A stretch of 5,507 nt of DNA from a virus. Lineage: Duplodnaviria > Heunggongvirae > Uroviricota > Caudoviricetes. The translations under genes were made by a program, and so were the position numbers. Below are positions 5,218 through 5,507 of this stretch, piece by piece (the first letter of the stretch is position 1; the number at the start of each line of letters is the position of its first letter). The DNA lies in the IMG/VR virus record IMGVR_UViG_2698536369_000006, positions 1 to 5,507 of that record, one strand, 5' to 3'. The notes beneath the pieces were generated by a model that saw only the letters and a program-made list of their open reading frames with translations, did no database searches and had not been told where the DNA came from.

Positions 5218-5507
5218 ATGGAAGTCAACAAAAAGCAGCTGGCTGACATTTTCGGTGCGAGTATCCGTACCATTCAGAACTGGCAGGAACAGGGAATGCC
5301 CGTTCTGCGAGGCGGTGGCAAGGGTAATGAGGTGCTTTATGACTCTGCCGCCGTTATAAGATGGTATGCCGAAAGGGATGCTGAAATTGAGAACGAAAAG
5401 CTGCGCCGGGAAGTTGAAGAACTGCGGCAGGCCAGCGAGACAGATCTCCAGCCAGGGACTATTGAGTACGAACGCCATCGACTTACGCGTGCGCAGGCCG
5501 ACGCACA
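5218..5507 (+). CDS. nu1: Terminase small subunit Nu1 (5' partial; continues beyond the window end)
   Basis: ATG at 5218 in frame 1 with no stop before the window end, so it is absent from the ORF track. Translation [46 protein letters not shown]… matches lambda Nu1 as I recall it, including the winged-HTH region. Lies immediately downstream of cosB. Confidence 0.9.
   Translation, partial: MEVNKKQLADIFGASIRTIQNWQEQGMPVLRGGGKGNEVLYDSAAVIRWYAERDAEIENEKLRREVEELRQASETDLQPGTIEYERHRLTRAQADA

Noticed and set aside
5119-5478. Minus-strand 119-aa ORF and plus-strand 68-aa ORF (5153..5359) across cosB and Nu1
   Set aside because: They overlap the cosB R-sites and are antisense or out of frame to the Nu1 gene; the region is explained by cosB plus Nu1.

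Overview
This window is the late-control, lysis and packaging-start segment of a lambdoid (enterobacterial, E. coli-type) phage or prophage, all on the + strand except two small genes. In order: a lambda-type Ser/Thr phosphatase (nin region), a Q antiterminator overlapping it by 10 nt, three tightly packed tRNA genes (Asn-like GUU, Thr UGU, Gly UCC), a ~290-bp structured non-coding stretch ending in a strong intrinsic terminator, then a phage-21-type lysis cassette (dual-start pinholin, SAR endolysin, Rz with embedded Rz1). The cassette is interrupted between holin and endolysin by a two-gene insert whose genes converge and overlap by 35 bp. After Rz come a bidirectional terminator, a Rha-family regulator, a minus-strand ribbon-helix-helix-like small protein (YlcI/DUF3950-like), an intact lambda-type cos site (cosN 5'-GGGCGGCGACCT plus cosB R3/R2/R1) and the 5' part of the terminase small subunit Nu1, which runs off the window. 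The region is mosaic: the phosphatase and cos/Nu1 look lambda-like, Q and lysis look 21/Qin/DLP12-like. The most interesting candidate for something undescribed is the minus-strand 90-aa gene (2335..2607) antisense to the late transcript inside the lysis cassette, together with its convergent partner. All protein and family assignments rest on recalled similarity and motifs; no database search was possible.
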